DNA from: Macrostomum hystrix
Taxonomy: Eukaryota > Animalia > Platyhelminthes
Assembly: GCA_950097015.1 (NCBI GenBank)
Contig: CATNEN010000038.1
Coordinates: 19,778,001 to 19,842,000, forward strand
Length of the DNA stretch: 64,000 nt
Reading direction: 5' to 3'
The notes beneath the pieces were generated by a model, which was given only the letters and a program-made list of their open reading frames with translations, was not told the DNA's origin and did not search any database. This document shows, piece after piece, positions 1 to 11,819 of this stretch; the stretch's first letter is position 1; every line of letters begins with the position of its first letter. The translations under genes were made by a program, and so were the position numbers.

Positions 1-1285
1 TTCCATCATTCCTGATCCTCAGATTGTCCTTCCATCATCCCAGATCCTCAGATTGTCCTTCCATCATCCCAGATCCTCAGATTGTCCTTCCATCATTCCT
101 GATCCTCAGATTGTCCTTCCATCACTCCTGATCCTCACATTGTCCTTCCATCACTCCTGATCCTCAGATTGTCCTTCCATCACTCCTGATCCTCAGATTG
201 TCCTTCCATCATTCCTGATCCTCAGATTGTCCTTTCATCATCCCAGATCCTCAGATTGTCCTTCCATCATTCCTGATCCTCAGATTGTCCTTCCATCATC
301 CCAGATCCTCAGATTGTTCTTCCATCATCCCAGATCCTCAGATTGTCCTTCCATCATTCCTGATCCTCAGATTGTCCTTCCATCATCCCAGATCCTCAGA
401 TTGTCCTTCCATCATCCCAGATCCTCAGATTGTCCTTCCATCATTCCAGATCCTCAGATTGTCCTTCCATCATTCCAGATCCTCAGATTGTCCTTCCATC
501 ACTCCTGATCCTCAGATTGTCCTTCCATCACTCCTGATCCTCAGATTGTCCTTCCATCACTCCTGATCCTCAGATTGTCCTTCCACCATTCCTGATCCTC
601 AGATTGTCCTTCCACCATTCCTGATCCTCAGATTGTCCTTCCATCACTCCTGATCCTCAGATTGTCCTTCCATCATCCCAGATCCTCACATTGTCCTTCC
701 ATCATTCCTGATCCTCAGATTGTCCTTCCATCATCCCAGATCCTCAGATTGTCCTTCCATCACTCCTGATCCTCAGATTGTCCTTCCATCATCCCAGATC
801 CTCAGATTGTCCTTCCATCATCCCAGATCCTCAGATTGTCCTTCCATCATTCCTGATCCTCACATTGTCCTTCCATCATCCCAGATCCTCAGATTGTCCT
901 TCCATAGTCCCAGATCCTCAGATTGTCCTTCCATCATCCCAGATCCTCAGATTGTCCTTCCATCATTCCTGATCCTCACATTGTCCTTCCATCATCCCAG
1001 ATCCTCAGATTGTCCTTCCATCGTCCCAGATCCTCAGATTGTCCTTCCATCATTCCTGATCCTCACATTGTCCTTCCATCATCCCAGATCCTCAGATTGT
1101 CCTTCCATCATCCCAGATCCTCAGATTGTCCTTCCATCATCCCAGATCCTCAGATTGTCCTTCCATCATTCCTGATCCTCACATTGTCCTTCCATCATCC
1201 CAGATCCTCAGATTGTCCTTCCATCATTCCAGATCCTCAGATTGTCCTTCCATCATCCCAGATCCTCAGATTGTCCTTCCATCAT
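1..1285. repeat. 29-bp minisatellite (TTCCATCATCCCAGATCCTCAGATTGTCC), about 44 copies, truncated by the window start
   Basis: Unit read directly; the overlapping ORFs have a 29-aa period (3 x 29 nt). Confidence 0.97.
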
Positions 1286-1614
1286 CCAGTATTTATATAT
1301 ATATTTCATATATTGACATGACTTTATAAAATGTTCTATATTTAGAAATACACTACGGAGATCAAAAAAAAGGTCATTCGGCTTTTACAGCCATAGACGT
1401 GTGCAAGAAATACACTAAGGAGATAAAAAATGTCTTTTCAGCTACGCATGCGCCTGCTGTAAGTAGTAGCTATAGCAGTGCAGAAACTGGCTAGTCAGTG
1501 AGTTGCAGCTAGAAGAAGCTGCAAATTTGGATTTCGGCTTTGGTTTTTGGCTTTGGATGCTTCAGTTTCTTCGAACTGATCTCAACTGAAAAGCACTCTG
1601 GTACCATTCATTGA

Positions 1615-2262
1615 CGTGTAACTTTCGCGAAAACATAGTTGGCGGATAGTGAAAGCGAGGGATAGTGAAGAGAGGATCAAATCGAAGGAAGGGGAGGAAA
1701 GCAAAAGTAGGTTGACTGCACAGATTGTAGATTTGTACTGATGTGTTACTTTCGCGAAAAATTATTTGGAGGATAGTATACAGGAGGAAAGTGAAAGCGA
1801 GGGAGAGTGAAGAGAGGATCAGGATCATCAGATCCTGAATCAGAATCCAGAATCCTGAATCCAGAATCATCAGATTAAAGGAAGGGGATCAGGAAAGCGA
1901 AGGTATAGGGGAGGAAGCTAGGACAGAGTGAAGGGAGGATATGCAGAGAGTCAGACACCACCACCTACCCAACCTGCACCTGCACTCTGCATCCACCCAC
2001 CCAAATTCGTACGACTGATTCATTGTAATTATTAATTCATTGTACTGATCGATGTCTTACTTTCGAGAAAACATATTTGGAGGATAGTACAGGAGGAAAG
2101 TGAAAGCGAGGGAGAGTGAAGAGAGGATCATCAGATTAAAGGAAGGGGATCAGGAAAGCGAAGGTATAGGGGAGGAAGCTAGGACAGAGTGAAGGGAGGA
2201 TATGAGAGTGAGACACCATGCACCACCCACCCAACCTGCACCTGCACTCTGCATCCACCCAC
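1615..2262. repeat. Local imperfect direct duplications (ACTTTCGCGAAAACATA...GTGAAAGCGAGGGAGAGTGAAGAGAGGATC)
   Basis: The motif recurs near 1620, 1749 and 2058; about 1730-2000 is repeated at about 2040-2262. Confidence 0.8.
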
Positions 2263-2264
2263 CC

Positions 2265-2412
2265 AACACCACACACCACACACCACACCACACACCACAC
2301 ACCACACCACACCACACCACACACCACACCACACCACACACCACCCACCCAACACCACACACCACACCACACCACACACCACCCAACCCCACACACCACA
2401 CCACACCACACC
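2265..2412. repeat. (CACCA/CACACCA)n low-complexity repeat
   Basis: Read directly. Confidence 0.9.
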
Positions 2413-2468
2413 CTAGCTGCAGCACTCCAATTATAAGAGTTTATGGACTTAGAGAATTTACAATCTGT

Positions 2469-2986
2469 AAATTCTCGACCGTCCCAAGGCTTAAATAGTG
2501 TGGTGAGATTGGGGCGGGATAGAGCGAGCCAGCTAGTATATACTCTAAAGAAAGGTGCGCGCTGTATATTTTCGCTGGAGGCAATATGACGGAGATTATA
2601 TCTAGATCGGGCTTAAAATGACGACTAGTTACTAGATGACCGAAAATGCATGGTGTTTCTATTTTTAGCCTAAGGCGCACCTTTCTTAAGAGTATATACT
2701 GGCTTGCGTGCCCCATAGACTTCAATAGGCTGCCATTTAAATACACACGAGCCAGCTTGTATATATAATATATACTCTTAAGAAAGGTGCGCCTAAAGCT
2801 AAAAATAGAATCGAATCGCCCGGGGTTTAGCCAGCCCGGCTATATACTAGCCCCCATATGCCGACGACGACGACGAAGTCAAGTTGCGAAAAAACAGCTC
2901 GCGCACCTTTCTTTAGAGTATATATATAATACCTGCATTTACTCCACCAGCCACACCAACTAAGCTCTGGGGACGGTCGAAAATTT
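2469..2986. mobile_element. Foldback/MITE-like non-autonomous element with nested inverted repeats
   Basis: 2469-2503 (AAATTCTCGACCGTCCCAAGGCTTAAATAGTGTGG) is an imperfect inverted repeat of 2951-2986. An internal 24-bp motif occurs four times in alternating orientation. Confidence 0.6.
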
Positions 2987-3173
2987 TATCACTGACATGA
3001 TAAATGCATATCCTATATGCATGTGACATGACATTACAGACTTCCATCATCCAATATCCTCAAATTCTCATAGTTTTGCTGGTTGCATATTTTATAGCTG
3101 TAGGAAATAAACCTTTTTAAGAGCCATTATTGATTCGAACACCCGAAGTCGTGAATTTTATCATGGATTTTAG

Positions 3174-5897
3174 AGCTGAGGATCGTGCTCAGAAAGCCAA
3201 CTGTCGAGCCACCTCTTTAGGTGAACAGGCCGCAAGTCGTGCCGATGACGGAGACACAGCCAGGCTTCAGAAGCAGCTATTCGATACGCAGTCGGAACTA
3301 GACAGTGTACTCCTGGACTTTGACGAGACCAGGCACAAAGTCTACGAGCTGAGCGAGAAGGTCAAGGATTATGAAAATCGGTGAGCACAAGTAGATGCGG
3401 CTTCAATTCATGAGTATTGCTTTAGCTAGCATGTGTCAGTCATCAGGGAGTTTGTACCTGACCCTATGGTTAGCTAGCATGTGTCAGTCATCAGGGAGTT
3501 TGTACCTGACCCTATGGTTAGCTAGCATGTGTCAGTCATCAGGGAGTTTGTACCTGACCCTATGGTTAGCTAGCATGTGTCAGTCATCAGGGAGTTTGTA
3601 CCTGACCCTATGGTTAGCTAGCATGTGTCAGTCATCAGGGAGTTTGTACCTGACCCTATGGTTAGCTAGCATGTGTCAGTCATCAGGGAGTTTGTACCTG
3701 ACCCTATGGTTAGCTAGCATGTGTCAGTCATCAGGGAGTTTGTACCTGACCCTATGGTTAGCTAGCATGTGTCAGTCATCAGAGAGTTTGTACCTGACCC
3801 TATGGTTAGCTAGCATGTGTCAGTCATCAGGGAGTTTGTACCTGACCCTATGATTAGCTAGCATGTGTCAGTCATCAGGGAGTTTGTACCTGACCCTATG
3901 GTTAGCTAGCATGTGTCAGTCATCAGGGAGTTTGTACCTGACCCTATGGTTAGCTAGCATGTGTCAGTCATCAGAGAGTTTGTACCTGACCCTATGGTTA
4001 GCTAGCATGTGTCAGTCATCAGGGAGTTTGTACCTGACCCTATGGTTAGCTAGCATGTGTCAGTCATCAGGGAGTTTGTACCTGACCCTATGGTTAGCTA
4101 GCATGTGTCAGTCATCAGGGAGTTTGTACCTGACCCTATGGTTAGCTAGCATGTGTCAGTCATCAGGGAGTTTGTACCTGACCCTATGGTTAGCTAGCAT
4201 GTGTCAGTCATCAGAGAGTTTGTACCTGACCCTATGGTTAGCTAGCATGTGTCAGTCATCAGGGAGTTTGTACCTGACCCTATGATTAGCTAGCATGTGT
4301 CAGTCATCAGGGAGTTTGTACCTGACCCTATGGTTAGCTAGCATGTGTCAGTCATCAGGGAGTTTGTACCTGACCCTATGGTTAGCTAGCATGTGTCAGT
4401 CATCAGAGAGTTTGTACCTGACCCTATGGTTAGCTAGCATGTGTCAGTCATCAGGGAGTTTGTACCTGACCCTATGGTTAGCTAGCATGTGTCAGTCATC
4501 AGGGAGTTTGTACCTGACCCTATGGTTAGCTAGCATGTGTCAGTCATCAGAGAGTTTGTACCTGACCCTATGGTTAGCTAGCATGTGTCAGTCATCAGGG
4601 AGTTTGTACCTGACCCTATGGTTAGCTAGCATGTGTCAGTCATCAGGGAGTTTGTACCTGACCCTATGGTTAGCTAGCATGTGTCAGTCATCAGGGTGCT
4701 TGGGGCTATTTATAGCTATCTGTTTGTGTCAGTTGAAACTTGACACTATTTTCTTGTGCGCTAATCATTTTATCATCGCACATTATTTACTTTTTATTTG
4801 TCAGTGTCGAATTTCACTATTGACAACGTATTGTTTAATTAACAAAACTTTCAGTGCTCAGATCCGCAACCGTGAGAATCAAACTCCCGAAGGGATCTCT
4901 CCTGGTCAGGGTCAAGCCAGCCAGTATGCTCAGGAGCAGATAGGAAAACAGCGCAAACAGCTGGCTGAGAAGCAGGATGAGCTGGACAGCCTGCTCAAGG
5001 ACTTCGATGAAACTCGGCACAGAGTCTACGAGCTAAATCAGCAGATCAAGGATCTGCAAAGCCGGTAAGTTCTCAAGGAGGTCCACGAGTTCTATTTTAA
5101 CGAAGGTCTAAATTAGAATTTATTAGGTCCTTGAGCTCGATTCCGCGGCGAGGCCACATTCATTTGGGGCTTGGGTGCTTGTTGAGCAATTTACGCCCTT
5201 GACCTCCAAGGCACAGTGAAAGTGTACACTGTCTGACGATGAGAAAGTCAGGGCAGATGTACACACCCGATCGACCAAATTTAAGCACTCACTTTAAAAA
5301 CTTAAATATAAGCATCCAAAAGGTAGCTTTATTTACGCCAAAAGCGAATGAAAAAATAATTGCCGTGAAAATTCTGAAATCATCAGAGCCATGGATTCGC
5401 CATCAGACGAGACGGGGCCCATTGGTTTGAGATTGAAGCTCGAGCAGTCAGAGAAGTACATTTCTGAGCTACAAGGCTACTCGGAAGAAATTGATGCTGT
5501 GAATTCTGGGCTGCTCAGGCAACTCGAGGAGTGCAATACTCAGCGAGACTCGGTGATTAGCCTGGCCGAGGAGCTGCAGAATCGATTCCAGGAAGTTTCT
5601 CTCCGAGCCACGGAGCTGGAGGTAAGAAACGCCTCGCTGAGGCTGGCTCAGGCCAAGGAGCTCAGCCGGAGCGCCAGTCTGCAGAGACAGCTGGATGAGA
5701 CCTATAGAGGCCTTCAGAGAGCCGACAGGATAGCCGAGAAAGCTCGAGAAGAGCTTAATGGGGCCTTAATAGAAAATAAGCGACTCGCCGCCGAATGCGA
5801 GGTTATGAGGCTCGACCTGCTAGAGTTGGCGAACAAGGCGGGGTCTACGAAGATGAACGACGTGCTGGAAGCGCACCGTGCCGCAAAGAGGAGTTAA
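3174..5897 (+). CDS. Coiled-coil protein, spliced; exons 3174-3380 (or from ATG 3163), 4855-5064, 5387-5897; may have further upstream exons
   Basis: GT-AG junctions (CG|GTGAGC, TTCAG|T, CG|GTAAGT, ATCAG|A) are all phase 2 and keep one frame. The translation is heptad-like and rich in E/L/Q/R. Confidence 0.75.
3421..4697. repeat. 48-bp intronic minisatellite (TTAGCTAGCATGTGTCAGTCATCAGGGAGTTTGTACCTGACCCTATGG), about 26 copies
   Basis: Read directly; 16-aa period in the overlapping ORFs. Confidence 0.97.
5126..5270 (+). mobile_element. tRNA-derived SINE family A, truncated copy
   Basis: GAGCTCGATTCCGCGGCGAGGCCACATTCATTTGGGGC...GGCACAGTGAAAGTGTACACTG matches the reverse complement of the copies at 11.8, 23.0 and 55.6 kb. 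Confidence 0.75.
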
Positions 5898-5972
5898 AAT
5901 AATAATAATAGATATGAAACTCAGTTTGAAAAGATAAATTATAAAACTGTTTCAATTTAAACAGACTTATCA

Positions 5973-6985
5973 TGTCACTCCCAAATCCATGGTGTCACTC
6001 CCAAATCCATGATATCACTCTTAAATCCATGGTGTCCACTCCCAAATCCATGGTATCACTCCCAGATCCATGATATCACTCTTAAATCCATGGTATCACT
6101 CCCAAATCCATGGTGTCACTCCCAAATCCATGATATCACTCCCAAATCCATGGTATCACTCCCAAATCGATGGAATCACTCCCAAATCCATGGTGTAACT
6201 CCCAAATCTATGGTATTACTCCCAAGTCCATTGTGTCACTCTAAAATCCATGGTATCACTCCTAAATCAATAAAAGCACTCCGAATTCCATGGTGTAACT
6301 CCCAAATCAATGAAATTACTCCAAAATCATTGGTATCAATCCCAAAATCTATGGTATCACTCCTAAATCCATGGTATCACTCACAAATTGATGAAATCAC
6401 TCCCAAATCCATGGTATCACACCGAAGTCCATGGTATCACTCCCAAGTCCATGGTATCACTCCCAAGTCCATGGTATCACTCCCAAGTCCATGGTATCAC
6501 TCCTAAATCCATGGTATCACTCCCAGATCCATGATATCACTCTTAAATCCATGGTATCACTCCCAAATCCATGGTGTCACTCCCAAATCCATGATATCAC
6601 TCCCAAATCCATGGTATCACTCCCAAATCGATGGAATCACTCCCAAATCCATGGTGTAACTCCCAAATCTATGGTATTACTCCCAAGTCCATTGTGTCAC
6701 TCTAAAATCCATGGTATCACTCCTAAATCAATAAAAGCACTCCGAATTCCATGGTGTAACTCCCAAATCAATGAAATTACTCCAAAATCATTGGTATCAA
6801 TCCCAAAATCTATGGTATCACTCCTAAATCCATGGTATCACTCACAAATTGATGAAATCACTCCCAAATCCATGGTATCACACCGAAGTCCATGGTATCA
6901 CTCCCAAGTCCATGGTATCACTCCCAAGTCCATGGTATCACTCCCAAGTCCATGGTATCACTCCAAAACCCATGTATTCACTCTC
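5973..6985. repeat. 20-bp minisatellite (TCACTCCCAAATCCATGGTR) with a 461-bp higher-order duplication
   Basis: Read directly; diagnostic variants recur at an offset of 461 bp. Confidence 0.95.
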
Positions 6986-7961
6986 GAATCCTTAGGTTCG
7001 GCGCTAAATCCATGTTTTGCGTCGGGCAGTATTTTTTAAAGGTTATTTATTTAAGCGAGGTAGTGTTAGGATTGTTTATCATTGCTTTCAAAAGCAGATT
7101 TTTCTGCTTTCATACTTCCCGGAAATAAAACTTGTATTACAGGTTTTATGACTGTACTAACATCTAAAACCAAAATATGAGTACGTAACTTTAACTTGAA
7201 CTCAAAATATGAGTCAATTTGCCTGTTTTATTGTTTCAAATAAATTAATATTGCAACCAAGCAAAGTTTCATTGGGTATGTTTTATATTAGTCAAGTATA
7301 TCTAACAAATATTATTTTTGTGCAAGTTTAACCATTAAAGCCCTTGGATTCCTATTAAAACCATTGCACTTTCCTCTCCAAACAATTGTTCCCATTGCGA
7401 TTTTGCAGTGCCGTAAACTGCATGTTGTCACTAAACTTACAGACTAACTTCTTCACAATGTCCTTATATATTGGTAGAAATTTCGGAACAATTAGCATGG
7501 AGATGAGATACGCGCCTGACAGAAGCAGGCAGACAGACAAAGCAGCCATGCATCAAAGTAATGAAAAAAATCTGAATAAAAAACTTCACTAGAACACAAA
7601 CAAGCGAACAAGTGTGGAAAGAGATTTAAAAGCCAGGTACTCCACAGACATTGCGTGCCGCTTGGGATTGCCTACTCAGACAGTACTCAGCGGTTTCCAA
7701 AGCTACGAAGCGGCGGTTAGAGAGGCTAGATAGATGCTCAACTTATTCTGACGTTTTCTTATTTCTGTCTGTCTCATCTACCGTCATTTCTCCAGCTCTT
7801 TTTTCTAGCAAGTCTTGCTTGCTCTCTCCTGCAACAACCGTTAAGCTTCTTGCGGCCCGCTAAGAGAGTACAAAAGGACTGCAAAATAATTCTGTTGTCT
7901 AAAAAAGGCAAAAACTATACAGTTGCTAGTCTGAGTCCAAATCTGAAGTTTGTTTGGCGCA

Positions 7962-8684
7962 ATGCTGCAAGCCATGCAGCAGCAGCAGCTGGAGATCGGC
8001 ACTCAGACGGAAGTACTTCCCGTCAGTGTCGAGCCTTCGGCGCAGGCTCCTGAGCCACCCAAGACCCCTCAGCAGCAGCAGAGGCCTATCTCCTCGGGCA
8101 GCTGTCGTCAAGCTCCGAAGACTCCTCAGCAGCAGCGACCAAAAACGCCGCAGCCGTTGAGGCCAGCAACAGCTGCTCCATCGCCATCACTCCAGAGGCT
8201 GCTAACTGGACGTCCGAAAACCGCAGCTACAGCGCTTCAGCCGGCCCAGCCACCTCCGGCACCGCTGCCACAGCCGCCGGCGCATCAACAGAAAGTGAAG
8301 CCTCGATTAGTAGACCGAACTCCAATGGTGATGAGCTTCAACCCGGATCCGCGACTGCGCAGCTGGCAGCGGCTTGAGCACATGCGGCTGCACCAGCTGG
8401 GCCTGAGCAGCAAGCTCTCCAGGCGCTACAATGTCAGTCGGGTATTAGACTTTCAGCCAGTTGGCCAGAGGCTGCCAGAGTCCGTGGCACCGGGCGTCCT
8501 TCTACCCAGCCTGCAGGGAACGAGCCTCTTTACTGAGAACGAACGGAAAAAGAACGACGTGGCGCCTTTCAAAACCTTTCAGAAGCCGACCTGCGGTGTG
8601 TTCTTTTGTCGCGACACGGACAACAAGAAGCTGAAGCACGACCTCGAGGCCACCGACCTCATCAAGTGGCGCTACTTCCTTTAA
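7962..8684 (+). CDS. Hypothetical Pro/Gln-rich protein (first ATG 7962; an upstream exon is possible)
   Basis: About 240-codon GC-rich ORF with coding-like composition, an ordered-looking C-terminus (CGVFFCRDTDNKKLKHDLEATDLIKWRYFL) and AATAAA overlapping the stop. Confidence 0.6.
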   Translation: MLQAMQQQQLEIGTQTEVLPVSVEPSAQAPEPPKTPQQQQRPISSGSCRQAPKTPQQQRPKTPQPLRPATAAPSPSLQRLLTGRPKTAATALQPAQPPPAPLPQPPAHQQKVKPRLVDRTPMVMSFNPDPRLRSWQRLEHMRLHQLGLSSKLSRRYNVSRVLDFQPVGQRLPESVAPGVLLPSLQGTSLFTENERKKNDVAPFKTFQKPTCGVFFCRDTDNKKLKHDLEATDLIKWRYFL

Positions 8685-9570
8685 ATAAAAATTTGAGAAC
8701 TGGAACCGGTTCAAGATAGACTAGATTTTTTTAATTTTTACTATATCTCTCTTAAGTTTCTGCTTTCAATTCTGCACTAGTTGCATATTGTTGATGTAAT
8801 TAAATTTAGAAGTTAATTATTTTGTTTTTTAATAATTTTTTCGGTTTGAAAGGTTCATTATAAAGCGATATTTTTTTTAATATTTTATTAAGCCGAGCTC
8901 TCATAGAAACTAATGAAAATATAAAACCTTTTTTCTTTCATGTGGTAAATAGTTAATTTCGATCTACTCGTATTTTTGCACTTTTTTAAATTGATTAGCT
9001 TTAAAAGAAGTATTTTGATTTAAAAAAGTAATCTGAAAGAATTCCTTAAAGTTCATGGGGTCTTACTTTGTCATAACTAGCTTCACATGCACCTAGCGAA
9101 GTTGTAAACGCATTCCAAAATGTCAATTTTTGTCAACTTTCATGCCAGAGTCAAGTCCTTCCGAACGTACGAGTACATTATTGTAGGCTTACTGAAAAAT
9201 GCCAAAAGATTGCTAAAAACTTATTTACTATTCGTAAATGAAGGCTGTTTTGGTGATTGGTTAAAGGCTCATTAACAATTGCGACCATTAATTTGAACAT
9301 CAATTAGATGTACACCAAAAGCGGTCAAAAGTCACAAGTAGAAAGGACGGATATCGAACGTCTCATGTACATGGCTAGTCACAGCGTATGATGGACGGTT
9401 TTGCAAGACATGTACATATATTGATTTTTCATTGAGAAGTTAGCCTACGCTCAGGCATGTGTTGTGGCTTACTATTTATCATTACTCTTCAAAAAGTCAA
9501 AAGGCAAATACAATAAAGGCAGACTTGAAATTTTATTGCGACAAACTCTAAAGCAAGCAGAATCAAATAA

Positions 9571-11101
9571 ATGTACAGCGCATTGCTGCATGACACCGCG
9601 CCGGATTGTTCGTCGCCAATCGCTTTAAATGATCCAGCAGAAACTGATCAGATGTACGCCTCACCGATTGGCGACCAGGAGCCAAGTTTGCACAGTTCAT
9701 ACACGTTGGCAGACAATGGAAGATTCCAGCATCGGCATCGGCAGCAAAATCCAGCTGATGGCACACCCACGCAAGTCCTTAGCGGCAGCAGCATTTCAAG
9801 TCCGCACTGTCGCTACTGCCTCGGCCGTAGTCAGTCGTTGAACTACAGCGAGGCAGACGATCGCGAGTCCCTTGTCGGTCCGTGCCGCTGCAAGGGCACA
9901 ATGGGCCTGGTGCATCCGGGCTGCCTGACCCGCTGGCTGCAGCTGAGCCGGAAGCACCGGTGCGAGCTGTGCGGCTTCGATCTCAGGCAGTGCGATCGGC
10001 ACCTCATGCCTGAGCTGGCGCAGGCAGCCATTGAAGCTGCCGCTGCTGAGGCAGCAGCCGCCGCCGCCGCCGCGGCAGCTAGCGAAGATGGCAGAACAGC
10101 TACAGCAGCAGAGGGGTCCAATGCTTCCATGGTGGCACCCGACTGTTCCTCGTGGTTACGTGAACCTGACCAGGTGACCGCTTTTTGTTTTCTTTAGGCT
10201 TTAGTTTATTATCCGTACTTTGTAAGATCAGCTTCATCCTCAATATAATAAAACTGTTTTATTTTGGGCGTCATAGCCTAGTGGTGTTTAGGGTTCACGA
10301 CATGAAGGTCGGGGGTTCGATTCCAGACTCCGCTAAAACTATTTGGGTTCTTTAGCAAGACACCTGAATCTGTATTGTTTCAGTTCACCCAGCTGTTGAA
10401 TGGTTTACTTATTGGGGGTGAGTGTGGCGTCCCGCCAGTTCATGAACTAAACAGTACGCAGCTTTCAGACGCATTGCTCAATAACTGCGGCTGTGCAGCT
10501 GTCGCCGCACACCTGGTCTAATTTGACTTAAGTAACAGGAAGGTAGAAGTAATTGGACTTTTATTTACCTTGATTACAGTCAAAAAGCTCTTTTAGTGTT
10601 GTCACCATGCTTTCAAAGGCTGCAGCAATACAGAGCTTGTCATATTCAGTCCATAGAAGGCATAGAAGAACAAAGAAAAATGTGGGTATTTGAAATACCC
10701 CATGATATTTCTACTGCTGAGTATCTTGCTCAAGGACAAAATTTTTTTGCTGAGAATCGAACTCACGACCTGTATGTAGATCAGAAGTCGATATTTATTC
10801 CCAAGAATTTTTTCCAAAGATCTGCTGTCTGGCTGTCTCAGTCTGCTGTCTTGTGATCGCCATGCCGCTAGTTGGCGTACTCATCTTCTTCCTCTGTGAC
10901 CTGCATCGTGTGCCAGCAAAGCAGCGGGACGAGTATCAGGTTGTGCTATTTGAACTACTCATTGGTTTCGTCAGCGTCGGCGTCATCGTCTGGCTGGTCT
11001 ACGGCACCGCCACCTGTATTCGACGGTATCAGAACTGGCGACAGGCTGTCGATTCGCAGCGAGAGATGACCGTCATTGTGGCTCTGGAGGAGGCTGCTTG
11101 A
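9571..11101 (+). CDS. MARCH-family RING-CH (RINGv) membrane E3 ubiquitin ligase; exons 9571-10173 and 10820-11101
   Basis: C4HC3 motif CRYC...PCRCKGTMGLVHPGCLTRWL...CELC. A phase-0 intron (CAG|GTGACC...CAAAG|ATC) joins an exon with two hydrophobic TM segments, as in MARCH1/2/3/8. Confidence 0.88.
10266..10565 (+). mobile_element. tRNA-derived SINE family B (CORE-like)
   Basis: A box TAGCCTAGTGG and B box GGTTCGATTCC, followed by CTTTAGCAAGACAC...TCAGTTCACCCAGCTGTTGAATGG; homologous to 53470-53765. Confidence 0.75.
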
Positions 11102-11587
11102 AGCCGTCGATAGTGTGACTTCCAGACTGTAAACTAAACACAATCGTTCAATACTACTGATTGCATTTGTTAGTTAGTAGTAAAGCAGATCCATTAACAA
11201 CCATACCACCGCTAATAGCGTGGACTTTCTAAATTCAAAAATATTATTTTCTTGTGTATGCCATCACAGAGACTCGTAATGGCGTAACTAATTCTTAACT
11301 TCCAATAGTACTTTCTGATTGTCTTTAATTGTTTGGCCGCTCTCAACCATCGAATTTTTGTGTTCTATACATTTTTAGCAAATAGACCAGTAAACTAGCT
11401 TGATTATTGATTTAATGTAGATTCGCTAAACACTCGATCTGCTGCCTGCTGCCTTTTATTCACTTTCATCGGAGTGAATAAAAAGTATTGTTTGTGCTCT
11501 GCTCAGCAAGGATTTGGACTTCTTAAAGATGTGTTAAGACAATTTTAATGCCTGCTCACTTGCCCCAAAAGGACAGGTAAGGTCCTC

Positions 11588-11610
11588 ATATATATATATA
11601 TATATATATA
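11588..11610. repeat. (TA)n microsatellite
   Basis: Read directly. Confidence 0.9.
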
Positions 11611-11819
11611 GTCTCAATTGCTAAAAGCAGTTAGAAGAAATTCAAAGATAGCGGACCTTGTATAGATGTATTTTTTAGGCAGGATAAATAAAATTTTATA
11701 AATCATACTTTGTCACATCTTCATTAGCCTGATTGCAGAGCCCTATTTTTGTTTTGTTTGCTAGAAGCTAATTATAATTGATTCTCTTTGCGTAGTGATA
11801 CTGTAATGTAACAGTAAGT

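Noticed and set aside
227-1329. Overlapping periodic ORFs (also 3395-4700, 6009-7039, 16667-17215, 19817-20455, 34027-34732, 41191-41457, 42317-43471, 56939-57368)
   Set aside because: They are translations of tandem repeats, open in several frames, and many lie inside introns of real genes.
7355-7549. 64-aa minus-strand ORF with a hydrophobic N-terminus
   Set aside because: It is short, has no motif and could not be linked to other exons.
10266-10340. Possible tRNA genes at SINE heads (also about 53470, 12060-12137, 15930-16000)
   Set aside because: A and B boxes are present but there is no clean cloverleaf, and each continues into a shared SINE body.
10596-10856. 86-aa ORF in the MARCH intron
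   Set aside because: It is out of frame with exon 2 and has no recognisable domain; it may be TE debris.
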